From the NCBI RefSeq assembly GCF_009914755.1, contig NC_060937.1: DNA of 64,000 nucleotides; one strand, 5' to 3'. Numbering within the stretch: the stretch's first letter is position 1; each line of letters opens with the position of its first letter. Shown in pieces: positions 1-16,770 of the stretch. The notes under the pieces are model-generated. The model ran no database searches, was not told where the DNA came from, and saw only the letters and a program-made list of their open reading frames with translations. The stretch comes from the human T2T-CHM13v2.0 reference genome, Homo sapiens. The position numbers and the translations under genes are program-made.

Positions 1-1039
1 TAAACTTTAAGAAGAAATCAGATATAATATTATTCCACTTTTGAAATTATCTGTGAAAAATGGCAACCACTCTATTGAATCAAAAGTGTACTCAATCAGT
101 CAGAAAACTAATTCATGCTTTCCTTCAGGATAATTCATTGTTTGCCACTTTCAGCTGTTAGATGATGCCTTTTGTTGCTGATTACAACACAACGAAGTTT
201 CCTTTGGTGGTTTCTACAAACTGTTAACCTTTAACTGTTCCCAAAATATTTCAAACAAATCAAATGAGCAAATTTGCACTAATACTCTTTACAATGTTCA
301 AAAGTATGGTTGGTAGGTACATGATCAAAGAGGGGATGATTTTAATATACGCATGAAAATGTAACTTTTCTCCTAAAGAACGACAGAAACTCTAAGATGG
401 AATGTTTGATGTTATAAATGCAGAGTAAATGATTCAATTTCAAGAGGAATAGTTTACTATGGTTCATTAATTTGAAAACAGCAACCAAACATGATTTCAA
501 GTAACTTTCCCAAATAATGCAGCCTTAAAATTACTTTTCCCTTCAAAATGCAAGCAGCTGTATTTTGATGCTTTAATTATTTGGACAGCTAATTTCCTTG
601 TTACTTGCCACATGTGGACAAACAGTAACACATATGAGTATAATTCAATGAAAAATGCAAAAAGTGATCTATCCTAAATTCCCTAAGCATCCTCTGTGTC
701 TCTCCGTGGCACTTCATGTTCAGCCTCAAACTGTATCTACAACCTGTCCATAGGCAATTACCTTTTGGAAACATAATATTTCTCATAACTCTTCAAATGA
801 AAAATTGTGCAAAATGTCTGACCTGTCATATTTGATACTAAATGATTTAAATGAACAGGCAGGGGAAATTTCTGAAATACCTTCAAGAATCTACTTACCA
901 GCATTACCGACCTGACAGGAAAAGAATTCAGTCAAATACACGAGGCCACATAGGTTTATTTCAATTTTCATTAATTTTACTCAGTGGAACCTCTCACATA
1001 ATGGAGAATCATTCATCAAAATATTATGGAACACTGTCC

Positions 1040-1800
1040 ACTTATCTATTGCTGCATAACAAACACCCCAAAATGTAGTTTACAACAACACCCATTTTAT
1101 TGCGTTCTAGAATTTTGGTGGCTCAGGAATTAAGATGTTGTGTAATTAGAGCATAATGATGACCATTAGGGATTTAGCTTCTTCCTCATTTTACTGGTAA
1201 TACTCTATCTCATTTCATAATGTGAAATAAATACAGAACAATGTTTGGAAAGTGATATTTAAAACATTTGCTGTGAGTGATTTGAATTTTTGGAACTATA
1301 TGACCTGCCTAGGTGACTTGTCAGAGGTTATAACAACCTTGCTTCTCTGCACATCCTAGGGAAGTTATCTGAATAAGATTGTGTAGTAAAGAAAAATATT
1401 GATAGTTCTCTCCTCTAAAGTTTGTAAGACTTTGGGAAGATTTGAAGCGGTCAGTGTGATCTAAATGGCTGGGTGGTAAGTTAATCTGCAAGCTTCACCC
1501 ACATGTCTGGTGCATGGCCTGGGAAGACATGAAAGCTGGACTCAACCGAGACTGTATGAAGAAGCCTGCCCAAGGCCTGTCTATGAGGCTTGGACTTCCT
1601 AGCAGTGTGCTGGCCTTGGGCTAATTGAACATCTTACAGGGCAGCTCAAAGCTTCAAGAATACTTGTCCCAGTAAACAGCATGAAAACTGCATGGCCTTT
1701 TATCATCTACCTTGGAAGTCCCAGAACATTATTTCTGCCCTACTCACTCTCAATTGGAGGAGTGTCAAAGAACCTGCCACTGTGTTTCGTAACCACCCAC
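1040..1800 (-). mobile_element. MLT1-type (MaLR) LTR, interrupted at ~1135-1450
   Basis: Starts ttatctattgctgcataacaaacaccccaaaa, resumes with cacatgtctgg...ggccttttat...ttggaagtc, and ends ggaggagtgtcaaagaa...taaccac. Confidence 0.65.
1163..1407 (+). repeat. Local direct duplication, copy 1 (copy 2 = 2538-3125, Alu-interrupted)
   Basis: Shared blocks include atacagaacaatgtttggaaag, gaactatatgacctgcctaggtga and gcttctctgcacatcctagggaagttatctgaataagat. Confidence 0.95.
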
Positions 1801-2598
1801 CTGCAAGCTCTCTTCTTTTCCTTTTTTCTTTCTTTTCTTCTTTGCAAGTGATTAGACAAAAATAATCAAGAAACAATGCCTATCTTTAAGAGTACTCTCA
1901 AAATCTAACAGGAGAAACAAAGGCACTGGTATATAATTCATTTTATAGCTTTATCATGTAAATTATTCATGTGCTGCTAGAAATTGTCTTCAGGCTAATA
2001 CTTTTAGTAATTTATTATTTTCTTCCTTTTCAACAATTTGTATGCAACCTTTGAAAATTAAGATTGTTTCTACACCAAGTAATATGACAAAAAATAAATG
2101 TAAAATTGTGTTAAAATGCCTTAGTTAAGAATGCTGTGCCCTAGGCCTTAGTTTTCTTATCTGCAAAATGGGATAATTATCAGGCCTACTTCACAGAATG
2201 AAATAAATTGGCCCGGCATTATCACTAAGTGCTAATTGTTCACTACCACTACCTACCAGAGGAAGAAATCTTCCCTCCAGCTTAGGCATAATTTTGCTGT
2301 CTCTCCACATATCAAATTAAAATAAAAAGATAAAATTTGATTAAATCAATTATATTTAAAAAGACAGAAGAATGTTTTACATCACATACCTTCCCTGTAC
2401 TTGGGTTGTTGCCTGATATTAAACTGTTTTCAAATCAGATGACAAAAGCAGTCATAGTATTATACTTGTTTATATTGGTTTCTGTTATAAGTAATAGACT
2501 TTACATGCACACATACACACGAAAAGCCGAATCATGGCCATTAGGGATTCAGTTTCTTCCAGTAACAGCTTCTTCCTTGTTTTACTGGTGATACTCTA

Positions 2599-3006
<408 letters not shown>

Positions 3007-3843
3007 CTATATGACCTGCCTAGGTGATTTGTCGGAGGTTATAACAATCCTGCTTCTCTGCACATCCTAGGGAAGTTATCTGAATAAGATCGTGTAGTGT
3101 GTAGTAAAGGAAAATATTGACAGTTTACCCCCATGGTTGAATTAATTTTTCAATTATGTTGTCAAATAGTCACTTTTTCTGTCAAGTGGAATCTTCTCTC
3201 TTTCAATGTCGTCTGAATTTTTTACCGGACATGGTAACCTTATAGTATCTTTTCAGTGTCTTCCAATTCATAAACTAGGCAGCAGAATGATATAGTGACA
3301 TATTTTGCTAACAGCTTCTAATTTGGAAAACAAGTGACATTAGCTTTAAAATTGCACATCTGGAAAAGTTCACAGATGAACAGTTTTTTTTTTTTTCTTT
3401 TAAGTGGCCAGATTAAGGAGACACATCCCCACTGCAAGCTATGGAGTGATCACATCACTGTTTATTACTTTTCAAACCCATAATTAGCCATAAAGAAACA
3501 TGTACAAATAAAATACTGTATTTATATTTCCCATATAAAAGACTCTGTTGTTCAGTCATAAAGTTATCAAACACTATATTTTATAAAATTACTATTTTGT
3601 AATTATCTGACTTAGAGCTTACTACATTTTAGAAGAGAAACGACGACCCTTTCTTAAGCAAGGAGAAGGAACAACTGTCAGGTTGAAATTGCTGCACTGT
3701 CTTAATTTCAAAGATCTGAGTAAAATCTAATTTTCAGTCACAGGTTGGAAGTGGGACCGTTTGAAAAGGGAAATGTGTTAACTAGAATTTTTAAGTAACA
3801 GATTAAGAGCACAATGCTTTTGGATTAAGGGCTTTACAGGCCC

Positions 3844-4143
<300 letters not shown>

Positions 4144-6632
4144 CATGCCCTTTAATCTTGTTCTAATTAATGTGCACCTAGAAAAAGAAAAGCAAGTATT
4201 CTTCTAGGTTTTCCATTATATTCTTTTCTTCCTTTCCTTTAATAAGCATCGTGTTTATATATAAATGGCTTACATTTTTCCATGTCCATATATGAGTCAC
4301 ACATGATGAAATGCTTGATGACTTACTCCTTTTTAAACTAGGTGCACTGTGGGACACCTTTTATCTCAGTGCCTAAATTACCATTGCCATATAATAACAG
4401 CACTCAAATTAAGAACCGTTTCCACTAAAATTCTATTTTTAAGAAGCAATATTCATTTGTTGCTCTACTATGCTTCTTTTTCCATGCAGTACACAACACT
4501 TGTGTGACAAAATGCATTCCCAGAGAAAATGATCACAAATTAAGACATTAAAATGTTTCTTTATGCAGCATCCTTTAATGACGCTGGACAATGATCATAT
4601 CCTTTGCACAAAGTCACTGTGATCATTTCGAGGAAATGCATGTGGTCTTTTCAGAACTGACAGATCTTGGTCTGTCTGATTCATGTGCTCATTCCACAAG
4701 CATGGGCAACCGAGAAAATGGTCCTTCACCATTACTTGAAGAAATCAGAAGAACCAGGTTGAAAAGCCCCTTGGAAAATTATTTTTCTTAAGTTTCCACA
4801 TTAAGTACATTATCTGTTGTCATGGCATCAAAAAAACACAATAGAAAAAGTATAGGTTCAGGGCCATACAAAATAACCCACAATGGAGATAGCATTCCAC
4901 TGATAAGAGAAAAGTATTATAATCGGTCAGAGGTAGGAAACAGGAACTCTCAAACATCATTTTGCGGTTTTCCTGGCTTATTTGCAGCATCCTTTCAGCC
5001 ACTTCATCTTGTCCCATGCATTTCAAATGTCAGACTATTAAGATGAATTAATTAAAAGTCATATTTGAGTGAATATGATTTTTTCCCAAAGCCAGCTCTA
5101 TCATAAATTAATTTTTCTAAAATTATTCTACTCTAGTCATCACATGGAAAAAAAGGAAATTGTTGAGTGCTGTATAGTGTCTTCAGCTATATTGTTTTAA
5201 TATTATTAATGTTCTCCAGTTGTAAAAGAAATGCAAATTTGCACGGCTCAGATTTTGCATTTAATCTGACTAAAGTTGATATTGTGAGAAAATTTAATAT
5301 CCATCTAAGTAGGTTGTAATATTGAAAACCTGAGCTTCATTTCCTTATCAGTGATTTACCATATTTCTGAGAAAGATTATTAGCCCCAGAAAATTAATTG
5401 ACAAAACAATGTTTTAAATCTTTGCATATTTGTATTTGTCTCAATTGTAGTTATTTATGGGTCTTAGTTTCTTTTCCTGTGGACACAGTCAAAAAGGGAA
5501 CTAGGAAAAACTGATAAGCATTGTAACCACTCCTGCAATTACAGCCTTTTGTAAAGTTGCTACTTTTATGAAACAATTGGGAACACCAAAGATTATCCCC
5601 ACAGCTTTAAGAACACTTTGAAATTTTCACTATGAAAAAATTTGAGTTCTTAGTATCACAATACTGCAATACCACAAATTAAAATTTAAACTAATAAATT
5701 TAATTCTAAATGTACAATTAAGGATTTAAGACATAAATATCAATAGACTTTCCTAATGTTCCACAGATTCTGCAGTTATTTAGAAATGAGAAATGTATTT
5801 ACCAAAGACTAAATAAAACACACAAAAATAGATTGGGTACTCTTTTAAAAAAGACTTTAAAACTTTAAAAAGTTTGATTTTTTCAAAAAACAGCTCCTTT
5901 GACTCACTGCAGGTGAAATAGCATAGAAATAGTTGGACTGTTTCACCCACTAAGTTGTAAGGACAACAAAATACTAAAAAATACTTAAAGATTGGATCAA
6001 CTATTTTAATCATCTTAAAGAGCTAATTCATTTAATGGAGAAATCCAATTTAGTTGACAGCAAATACTCCATTTTCTTGTCAATGAAGCAAAACTATGCA
6101 GATAGGATTTTATTCACTCAGAGCTGAATTCTCTCCTCTTTACTAGAATTTGCAGGCACACTGAATAAAAACGAACATTCGGTGTAAAAAAAGCCAAAGC
6201 TGAAATGATATAAAAGGATTCATCTTTTCATAAGTGACTTTTAATATTCAATATATATATTTAGAAACTTTCCGGGACCCATAGAATATATCTGAAACCT
6301 GCCATACTTGGCCAAACCTCCAGAAAGCAGGTCACTTGCATTTTCATGCTTGTGGCCTCTCTTTTTTCTCGCTATTTCACTATTTCATCTGGACTGTGGC
6401 ATGAGGCCATTGCCTGAGAAGGCATACCTGCCTGACAACTTGTTGGCTAGTGGTCCATAACCACCAGTCTGCTGTTCACTACGGCCGGAGATACCCGATT
6501 TTAAATGATTTAAGATTCACATTGACCTTTTTAAAAACACTTGCTTCTCTCCAAACTCTGCAGCTATCTAGGGTCACTGTGATTCCTGAGGTTAAATTTA
6601 TTACCCATGCCTTTTTAAAAAGACCTATTTGG

Positions 6633-6936
<304 letters not shown>

Positions 6937-7305
6937 CTATATGGAAACCTACTTCAAAACGTCTGTGAGGCAGTTCATTTGGACTAGGAAAAGGCCAACT
7001 TTTGGTAAGAAACCAATTACTGAGATTAGGCAGATAACCTCGTGGATCTTTTCTACCTGCTCAGCATCTAGAGAGCAGGCACAGTGGAGTGCTGGTGAGG
7101 TGTAGCAGGGAGTGGTCACCTCTTTGCAGAGGCGTTTCGCTGACAGAAAGGAAGCTCTAGCCACATTTCACCACATGCTTGCTCCATTGTATCTCTGGGT
7201 GCTGCCTTAAACTGGATGCACCAATCCCCATTTTACAGGAACTGGTGAAAGCACCCTGGGAATCAAGGCCTCTCTGACTCTTAAGCCTATGCTCATTCCT
7301 TACAC

Positions 7306-7515
7306 CAAGATTGTCCAACCCCCGGCCCGTGGGCTGCTGGCAGCCCGGGAGAGCTTTGAATGTGGCCCAACACAAATTCACAAACTTTCTTAAAACATTT
7401 TTGTGATTTGTTTTTAGCTCATCAGCTATCATTAGTGTTAGTGTATTTTATGTGTGGCTCAAGACAATTCTTCTTCCAATGTGGCCCCCAGAAGCCAAAA
7501 GATTGGACACCCCTG
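7306..7515. mobile_element. MER30 hAT-Charlie MITE inserted in a MIR
   Basis: Termini caagattgtccaa...ttggacacccctg; 8-bp TSD ccttacac/ctttacac; internal tttttagctcatcagctatcattagtgttagtgtattttatgtgtggc. Confidence 0.85.
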
Positions 7516-7729
7516 CTTTACACCAAGCTGCCACAACAACACACATTCTGGATGAAGCAAGTTACATTATCTTTTATGTACCAAAGAATTGTACACTTTA
7601 TCCACTCCTGCTGTTCTCCTCCACCTCCTTCCCTCTAAAACAAAAACAAAAGAAACAACAGGGCAACCAGACATGGGCAAAGACTTGCGGCACAGTGAGC
7701 AGTATAAGGTAATAGTGAAGGTAAACCCA

Positions 7730-7880
7730 AGAGATTAAGAGCCAGGTGTTCCTGGGTTTGAATTCTGGATGTGCCATACTTACCTATGAGAATGTTCGCA
7801 CACTCTTAACCTAAGTCTTAATTACCGCTTTGATAAAGAAAACTGAGTTTGCCCATGATGTTGAATTTTTGTGGGGAATG
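7730..7880 (+). mobile_element. MIR fragment
   Basis: cctgggtttgaattctgg...tgccatacttacc core-like sequence. Confidence 0.55.
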
Positions 7881-7945
7881 AATAATATATGGATGATAAC
7901 ATTATTATGACAGAACTTGTTTATTGAATAAGTGGAATTCCCTAA

Positions 7946-8272
<327 letters not shown>

Positions 8273-10452
8273 TGACTTCAGTTCTTTTGATAATGTCCCC
8301 AAAGAATTGGATGTGGACATGAATAACTGTGTGCAAAGAAGTGCTGTGAAACCAATGGAGAAAGGTCATATGAAAACTTCTCCTTCCCAGCACCACCATA
8401 ATGTTGAGTCCTGCTTTGCTCTAGAGGGTTCTTTGAGAGTTTATAATGCTTGATGTGTTTGTGACCAGAAGAGATGAGACAGTATATATTCTCGATATTA
8501 GCAAGAGCAAACAATTACTTATTCATTAGTTTCACTTCCTGTCTAACTCTAGGGTAAGTATATATACTTTATTCATTATTTTTTAAATTATTCTCACTGA
8601 TAACATGGATAGGAATCAGAGAAATAATTTAAAGTTGAAATTGGCAAGCTTTCCTTTTTAAAATCAAAGTACTACTACTGTGAGCAAGGTGTTAGGCTAA
8701 AAAAAATAGTTATTTTTTTATGTGATGGAATTTTATTGGCACTAAGTACCATCTCACCATGCAAAGTCACTTCCGGGTGCCTCATCTTATGCCAAAGGAT
8801 GTTGGATGGAATGTTTAAAATTATGTAGCCCAACCTGCAACCCACAGGAAAGATGCTCTCTAGGGTGGTGGCCGACAGCTCCCATCCCATTTGTACATCT
8901 TCTGTGGAAATGTGCTCTTGAGTTCCTGAGACAGCCCTTGCTTTTGTAGGAGAGCAACTCCTTTCATAGAACACTCTTCCTTATGTAGAGCAGAGATCTT
9001 CTTGCCAAAACACCTGCACACAGAGCCTCACTCTCACCCCTAAAGCAACACAAAGCATTGGATAGTAAGACTTCCTTCCACAGGACAATTTTCGTCAAGT
9101 TAAAGAACCTTGCTGTGTCTCCCTGTGTCTTCTCTATCTCAGGGTAATCCTGTTTTCATTCATGCAGCACAGCTTCCAGGCTTTTCTTCAACCTGCTCCA
9201 TCTTCTCTGTCATGGCTACCAGGTTTGCCTTGTCTGGTAGCTCTAGCTCGACATCAAGGATATCTGTTACCCACTTCATCTCAGTCCTCAATCAATAAAA
9301 ATACTAACTATGGCTGACTGGATAAATGCCGAGTGAAGTAGAGAACAACAGAGACAACCAACCATAACAGAATACAAAGCTGAAAATCTAGGGTGCAGGA
9401 CAAAGTTCACATCTTCTACAGTGGAATCTGGAGGCACATGGCTTTCCAATGCCTGACAGACGACATAACACAAAACGTTTCCCAAGACCATTTCTACCCA
9501 CAGGTTTACAGGAGATGGAGGATCACTACAATGGTTTCTCCCCTTGTCCTCTCAAAAAGGCTGTGAACCAAAGTGTTCAAGGCCTTTGGTTACGCACCTA
9601 TCAGGATCCAGTCAATCTAAAATGTAGCACATGTTAATCTCTAAATTAAAATAGAGAAAAAAATTCCAGCCTTAGGAATGAAACATTTTACTCCAACTGA
9701 ACTTATGTTTTCCATTTTACTCTACAGTTGTTCAATAATTGAGTCATCTTTCTAGAGAAGCACAATAAATGTAGGTGCAATAAATCAGAGGATTTTACCA
9801 TACAATATGCAAAGTCTGTTTATAAAAGTCTTGTAAATCAGTCTTCTATACAGAAAATTTATATGAGATCTCAAGTGAGGACTATATTAATTTTATTGAT
9901 GTTTCCCGTGGGTTTTAATGAATTGCTCCCATTTACTGGGCATCATCAAGCCCTAGGCAAGGTCTTTTCATATACCAGACTAAAAGACTCTGCCATATTG
10001 AAATTATGAATTCATAGAAATTATCGCCAATCTCCAAAGTTTATTTCCATCCCACCAAAACCATACACACATCCTTTCTCTACTCAGCTCTAAACGTGAA
10101 ATCAGAAACCTACGTGTTCTTCTGATCTTCACATTATTCATTCATATTCAGGTTACCTAAGCCTTTGACATGATAAACCTGGCCATCCATCCTAGTTGCC
10201 CAGGACTCTCACATTTCTGTCTTCTTTGCTTGCTATATCATCGAAAAATGTTTTCAATGATAAATTAAAACTAAATAGAAGTAGTAAATATGGCAAAATT
10301 CGTAATAATTGTAAAATGTATAAGACAGTTATATGTGGGTTTATTATAATAATGTCTTAATTCTTTGGGATGTTTGTAAATATTTCTAATCAAAAGGAAA
10401 AAGAAAACATTTACAGTGATGAAGTGACCCTAATATTTAAATTACCCATCTC

Positions 10453-10734
10453 GGCTGGGTGCGGTGGCTCAGGCCTGTAATCCCAGCACTTTGGAAAGCC
10501 AAGGTGGGAGCATCACCCGAGGTGGAGAGTTCAAGACCTGGCCAACATTTGGAAACCCCATCTCTATTACAAATCCAAAAAATTAGCCATTTGTGGTGAG
10601 GCACACCTGTAATCCCAGCTACTCAGTGGGCTGAGGCATAAAAATCACTTGAACTGGGAGACAGAGGTAGCAGTGAACTGAGATTGCGCCAATGCACTCC
10701 AGCCTGGGCAACAGAGTGAGACACTGTCTCAAAA
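10453..10734 (+). mobile_element. Alu (AluS-like) inserted in a MIR
   Basis: Full Alu; TSD acccatct. MIR resumes tgaccttggg...cccatctgtaaaat. Confidence 0.9.
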
Positions 10735-11665
10735 TAGATTAATTAATTAATAACCCATCTGTTTGACCTTGGGATAGTTAACTTTATGTCCTCACATTCC
10801 CCATCTGTAAAATCTGTAATAATACTTCCCTCATAAAGTTGATGTGATGATTAAACAAATTAGAATAGTTTCTGACATCTAATAAATTCTGAAGCTTGTT
10901 ACCTGCTATTAAAGATTGCTCTAGGGCTTAAATTTCTGGGTGATTTAAGTCATTTTCTGTAAGAGTTAATACTTAATAATGATCGTCTATTTAACGTCTT
11001 AGTTCAGTTTTCTATTCAAATAAACAAAGTCAGTGACAGCTCCATAAGAAAGAGATCAATCTTTTTTGATGGAGGTGAAGGTACAGAGAAGAAAAGAAGA
11101 ATTCTGAACTTCGAGTTCCCCACGGTACACAGGCTCTGGAAATGCAGCTAACAAATGGCAGGAGAGGACCCAGCGATGGAAAGAAGGCACATTGACAAGG
11201 AGGAAAGGAAAACTGAGAGGTGAAGAGGCTAAGTCAGCAATTTCTTAATGTTGATAGAACTCATTTTTCTTCTTGTGCAAAATGAAGCAGCTGACATACA
11301 AAATTCCCATGTATTTCCGAAGAAATGATTATTGCATTCACCCACCACACATGTTCTACTGCTAAGATCAATAACGGTATTTAAACAGGTATTAAACATC
11401 TATCTTTTGCAGGATCTTTAAGCATCTGAGATAGCTTCTATAAATTTTGTTTGTAAATGACTCAATGTAGAAAGAAAACTTCAAGTGGGGAAAATCAACT
11501 ACCATATTTTAACACCTTAAAAGCCCAAGAATTTTAAAAAACTACCCAAGAATTAAATATTTTCATGCATTCCAGTACAATACAACTGTAAGTCATTAAC
11601 AATTTGTTGACAAGAAAGAAGTCATGTTAACCATCTCTCATTTCCAGTATTAAAGAATCAGAGTA

Positions 11666-11991
<326 letters not shown>

Positions 11992-12460
11992 TTAGAGCAT
12001 TACATTGAAGAAATTCCACTATGTAGCTTACAATGATGCTTGATTTCTTATTAGATAAAATTTAAATTTAACTTTATATAGTATCTCATGAATTAAACTT
12101 AAAAAATAAAAAAGATGACTGATATTACAACCTTGGCTAAAACATAGAAAATCCATAGTTGCCTGACACAACCTTAAACAGTCAAAACTCTGGCCCTCCA
12201 CACATCCATCTCCTTCTCTCCATGATCCCTTCTAGCACATTCCCTAACTCTGAGACCCAGTTAGTTCACTTCTCATGCACTTCCTCAGTCTCATCAATAG
12301 AAATTCGTTCCCTGCCCTTGGGATATGTCTTACTGCCATTACCACTTTTTAAAAATATCTGAGTTATACTTTCATCAGTTGAGCAAATGGGATTATGATG
12401 TACTACTGAGATATAGGAGCTGAAAGGTCATTCTATATCAATTGTCACTGTGAACCAGAA

Positions 12461-12632
12461 TGGTGGTTCCCAACCTTGGCTGCACATCAGAATCACCAGG
12501 GAGACTTTGACAGAGCCCAGACCCATGACACCGGCAGGACGATAAAATCAGAATCTCTTAGGGTTGGGATGCCCTGGCCTTAGCGCCCTCAAAGATTTCC
12601 AGGATGTTCCACTGTGACCCCAAAGGCCACTA
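12461..12632. mobile_element. MER5A DNA transposon relic
   Basis: tggttcccaaccttggctgcacatcagaatcacc...aaatcagaatctct. Confidence 0.7.
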
Positions 12633-13546
12633 ATCTAGAGTATATGTTAACTGAAAAAAATATATTTGCAATGTAGATCAATATAAACAACAAAATATTT
12701 GGTGCTTAGTCATTGTGAGAGCAACACAGCGGATAAAGATTTTAAAAGAAATTGAGAAATAAAATTAAAGCAATAGTTCACATCATTCAAATCAAAATAG
12801 TCTTTTGTTTGAAACAGTTATCCATAAATTTGTTCTCGTACATTAAACCTGGTAAAAATATATGTTAATGAATTATGATTTACATGTGGAGGAGAATGAG
12901 AGCATTGCTTGATTTCCTTTGTTAATACTTTAATTCATCATGTATATGTGGACACTAACTTCATCTAATAAAAGAGGTTAAAAGCAATATATAACAGCAA
13001 TTATTTAAACTTTGTGATCATACCTATGTAGCCACTAGTTTGACCCAGTTACAAGTTCAAACTAAAAATATGTATTCCATGGTCTGTGAGAAAACAAATA
13101 TCTAATAATAAGATATAATGTTGGATATCTTTCTATAAAAATAAAACACAAATCATAAATCAATAGTTGTACATGGAGCAAGAAGATAAAAAACATAAAC
13201 CATAAACTAAAATGATTATGATATTCTCTTCAACCTCATAAATAGCTTTACTAATGGTTAAAGAAATAAAAATACATATAACTATCATGCATCAATAAAA
13301 AAAAATTTTAAGTAGTCATCTGCATGGTCAGACTGATCTTCTAGAGAAGCAATTCCACTATAAAAATTATTTGTAAATAAAGTGGTAGAATATTAAAAGG
13401 TTCTATTTACAGATGTGTACTCCACACTTCTGAACAGTGACATGATATTACAATAGCACTTAGTCAAGAGCAAAATATTTTTGGTTCAAAATTTAAGTGA
13501 TAAAAAATTGTAAGATACTTGATTTCTTCTTAAAAAACTATTTCTT

Positions 13547-13817
13547 GGCCAGGCGCTGTGGCTCACACTTGTAATCCCAGCACTTTGGGAGGCCAAGGCG
13601 GGCAGATCACGAGGTCAGGAGATCGAGACCATCCTGGCTTACATGATGAAACACCATCTCTATGAAAAATACAAAAAATTAGCTAGGCGTGGTGGCGCGC
13701 ACCTGTAGTCCCAGCTACGAGGGAGGCTGAAGCAGGAGAATCGCTTGAACCCGGGAGGTGGAAGTTGAATGAGCCAACATTGCGCCACTGCACTCCAGCC
13801 TGGGCGACAGAGTGAGA
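13547..13817 (+). mobile_element. Alu (Sc/Y-like) lacking its 3' end and A tail
   Basis: Ends gacagagtgaga directly into TSD aactatttctt. Confidence 0.9.
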
Positions 13818-16770
13818 ACTATTTCTTTATGAATCTTCAGTGTGTAACACTAAAATACATAAGAATTTAAGAAATGCATTTTTTTTTCTTTTCAAATTGT
13901 ACATTATGTAACCAAACTCTATGTTCTCAAACTAGTTGGGTAATGTTTGTGGGTGATGCAAATGAGAAAGCCCTGCTATACATGCCTAATACTTGCAAGG
14001 TATCCTTTTGGTCATAGTCTGTTATATAAAAATAAGCAATATAATCTGCTTTAATATAAGATTGTAAAAATAAAAATGTGAGCATTCATACATTCTTGAG
14101 AGAACAAAAATTACAATTTATACTGAGAGAACTAAAGTACAGATGGTACAATGGTTTATTTTGCAATCTAATCTCAAACCCACTTACACTGACCAACTGT
14201 TTGAGGGAATAGTAACTAAATAAAGCTATCAATGACTTTAGAAGTTTGTCTGTAAAATAAAAGTTTATATCCCATAAATTCCTCACTTTTATATTCATTT
14301 GCAAGAATTCTCAGGAACTAAAGAATGGCATGTATAAGAGAAAATATGTATTTAAGAAAAATCAAGCATGTTTATAATAAATATTTGTACTTTTGTAACT
14401 TAGAATATTTCATTTTTTAATATTGTCGAACAACTTAAAAATTTTGGTAGCTTTGTCAGTTTTTTATTATGCATCAAAAACATTGTTTTAAATAACACTG
14501 TAAACTACAGGGGAAAATTTCTGCTGTAGTATTTACTACTCAATTTATGTAATGTAGCAAAATGCTATAGTATTAATGATATAGTCAACATCTCGTGTTC
14601 TTTATTTATCCATAAATAATTTCCCAGATAAATGCATATATTTACATTTATCAGAATATTTAAAAATATTGAGTGAATATTTTTTCTATGATACATTGCA
14701 ATACAGAAGTACATCCAATCTATATTTGACCAGCAATTACTATAAGTTTGAGACACTATAATTTTATTAGGTCTATTCTAAGGGGTTTCTTCTGAATAAT
14801 TGGTCAAAAAGCCTTTTAAACAATTTAAATCAAAATGAAATTTAATTTATTCTTATTTTATATGAAATGTAGCAGTTTTGAATGAGGGCAGAATATGTAA
14901 CCGGAAAGTAATAATTCATCCTAACTCTAAAATTTAGAAATCACTGCATTACTCATTTAATTATAAATGAGTATAATAAAGTTAATATAGTTTTTCTAAA
15001 ATATGTATCCCAAAAATTTGTGGTGCTAACATGATTTTATGTATTCTTTTCTCTACAATCTTAATAAATATATTTATAAATTATAAATTAAAATTAATTT
15101 TAATGAAAATATTACCAATTACAGAAATATAATACATTTACTTTTAATGTAGCCTATGACTTTGCAGATGCCTTCAGAAAGGAAAAATTTTGCATAGAAC
15201 TTCTATCTTGAACAAGGCTCCTAATGATAGTCATTTCATAGGCATAAGTCCATCTGAAATAAGTAAAAGTGTTCAGAAAGAAACTCAGGCATATCTTTCA
15301 AAGACAAAAAACATTTTAAGTAATGTGGCATAGTTTATATGTGAATGTGTTTGTGGCTTTTTCAGAATCAAAGAGAAAATATATGTTAAACTAAGAAACT
15401 ATGCTTCTACTCCCTTTCTACATATAACCAATTGATTTGTGAGTCTTAAACCAAGAACACCACACTTCAAATTTGCAACTGTAATTTTTGACAACAGCTA
15501 TTATGGAATAAATATTTCAAGTTTACAAGAAACCACAACAAAAAAACACCCCACAACCAATAAACGTCTGCACGACATAACATGCAATTAATTCTCCATT
15601 GCGGTGATAAGAAATCAAGTGTCTGCATTTACTTATCAAGGCGAAGACTAAGTTTTTAAAGAAATTAAGGTTTTCATAATGTGCTTTTTTGTGCCTACAA
15701 TTAACTTCTACTTTACACAAAAACATAATCCAGAAGTAGGCAATAACGTTATAAATGAGTTAACTTACACTATACTTTATCGCTATGATTATGTAAATGA
15801 TGTAAATATACAGTTGAGAGGTAATTTAGGTTAAGGGGAAAGAAAACTTTTTAATATATTTACTTGAACATTTAAATTAAGATGTATTTGGCATGCTCAT
15901 TTGAAAATACGCTGCAGTCTATTGTCAATACAGACTGTCTTTTAAATACTGAGTTATACAAATGGAAATTATCAGAAATTAGGGTTTACATGCAGGGAAG
16001 GAGGCAAATATAATTATTACAGGGTACCACTCTTAAACACAACTAAACTGAACCCTCTGCAATCCTTTTATTACTAGTAGAATTAGAAGACGTAGAGTTT
16101 CCTTTTCTTTACAATTTCAATGCAACATATCTTGTCAAAATAAATAACTGCAATTATTGCAGTAGTTATTCATTATTAATTTCTACCATTAAAGTTTTAT
16201 TCCCAGGCATAAGTTAAAGTGATATGGTTAAAAAAATAGATAAAAAAGTTTAAGATACACTTGTCTAGTGAAGTATCACTCTAAATTAATGTTGTAAATT
16301 CAGACTTACTATTTTCAGAGAGCTGTGTTTCTGGTCTTGAAGAATGAGAATAAGGCAAGGTCAGTTTGAGTTTAATTTAACTGTCAAAAGCACAACTAAT
16401 CCGCCCAAAGTAAAATATGGCCTTTCGACTGTGTTCATTTAAAATAGGCATCCCTTAGTCCAGTTCTTTTATCAAAAAAATCACAAAATTATTTGATCTA
16501 TACCACCCTTGACTTTATTTTCCCAGCAGAACGCAAGTGAGACAGAGGAACAGTTGTTCTGCTTGTATATGGGATTGGGAAAGTAGGAGAGAAAGAGAGA
16601 GAATGTGGTGTATTATTTCCCTTGAAAAGCAGTACCCGTTTATTGTGTTGTGTAAGAAATTACCCTTGGAACAAAACATTAAGGCTTATAGAGATACTGT
16701 CATTACATCTTCCCTACTAAAGGTCACTGCAGTATCTTCATCTTCAGTACAGCTCTTGGGTAAATCTCAT

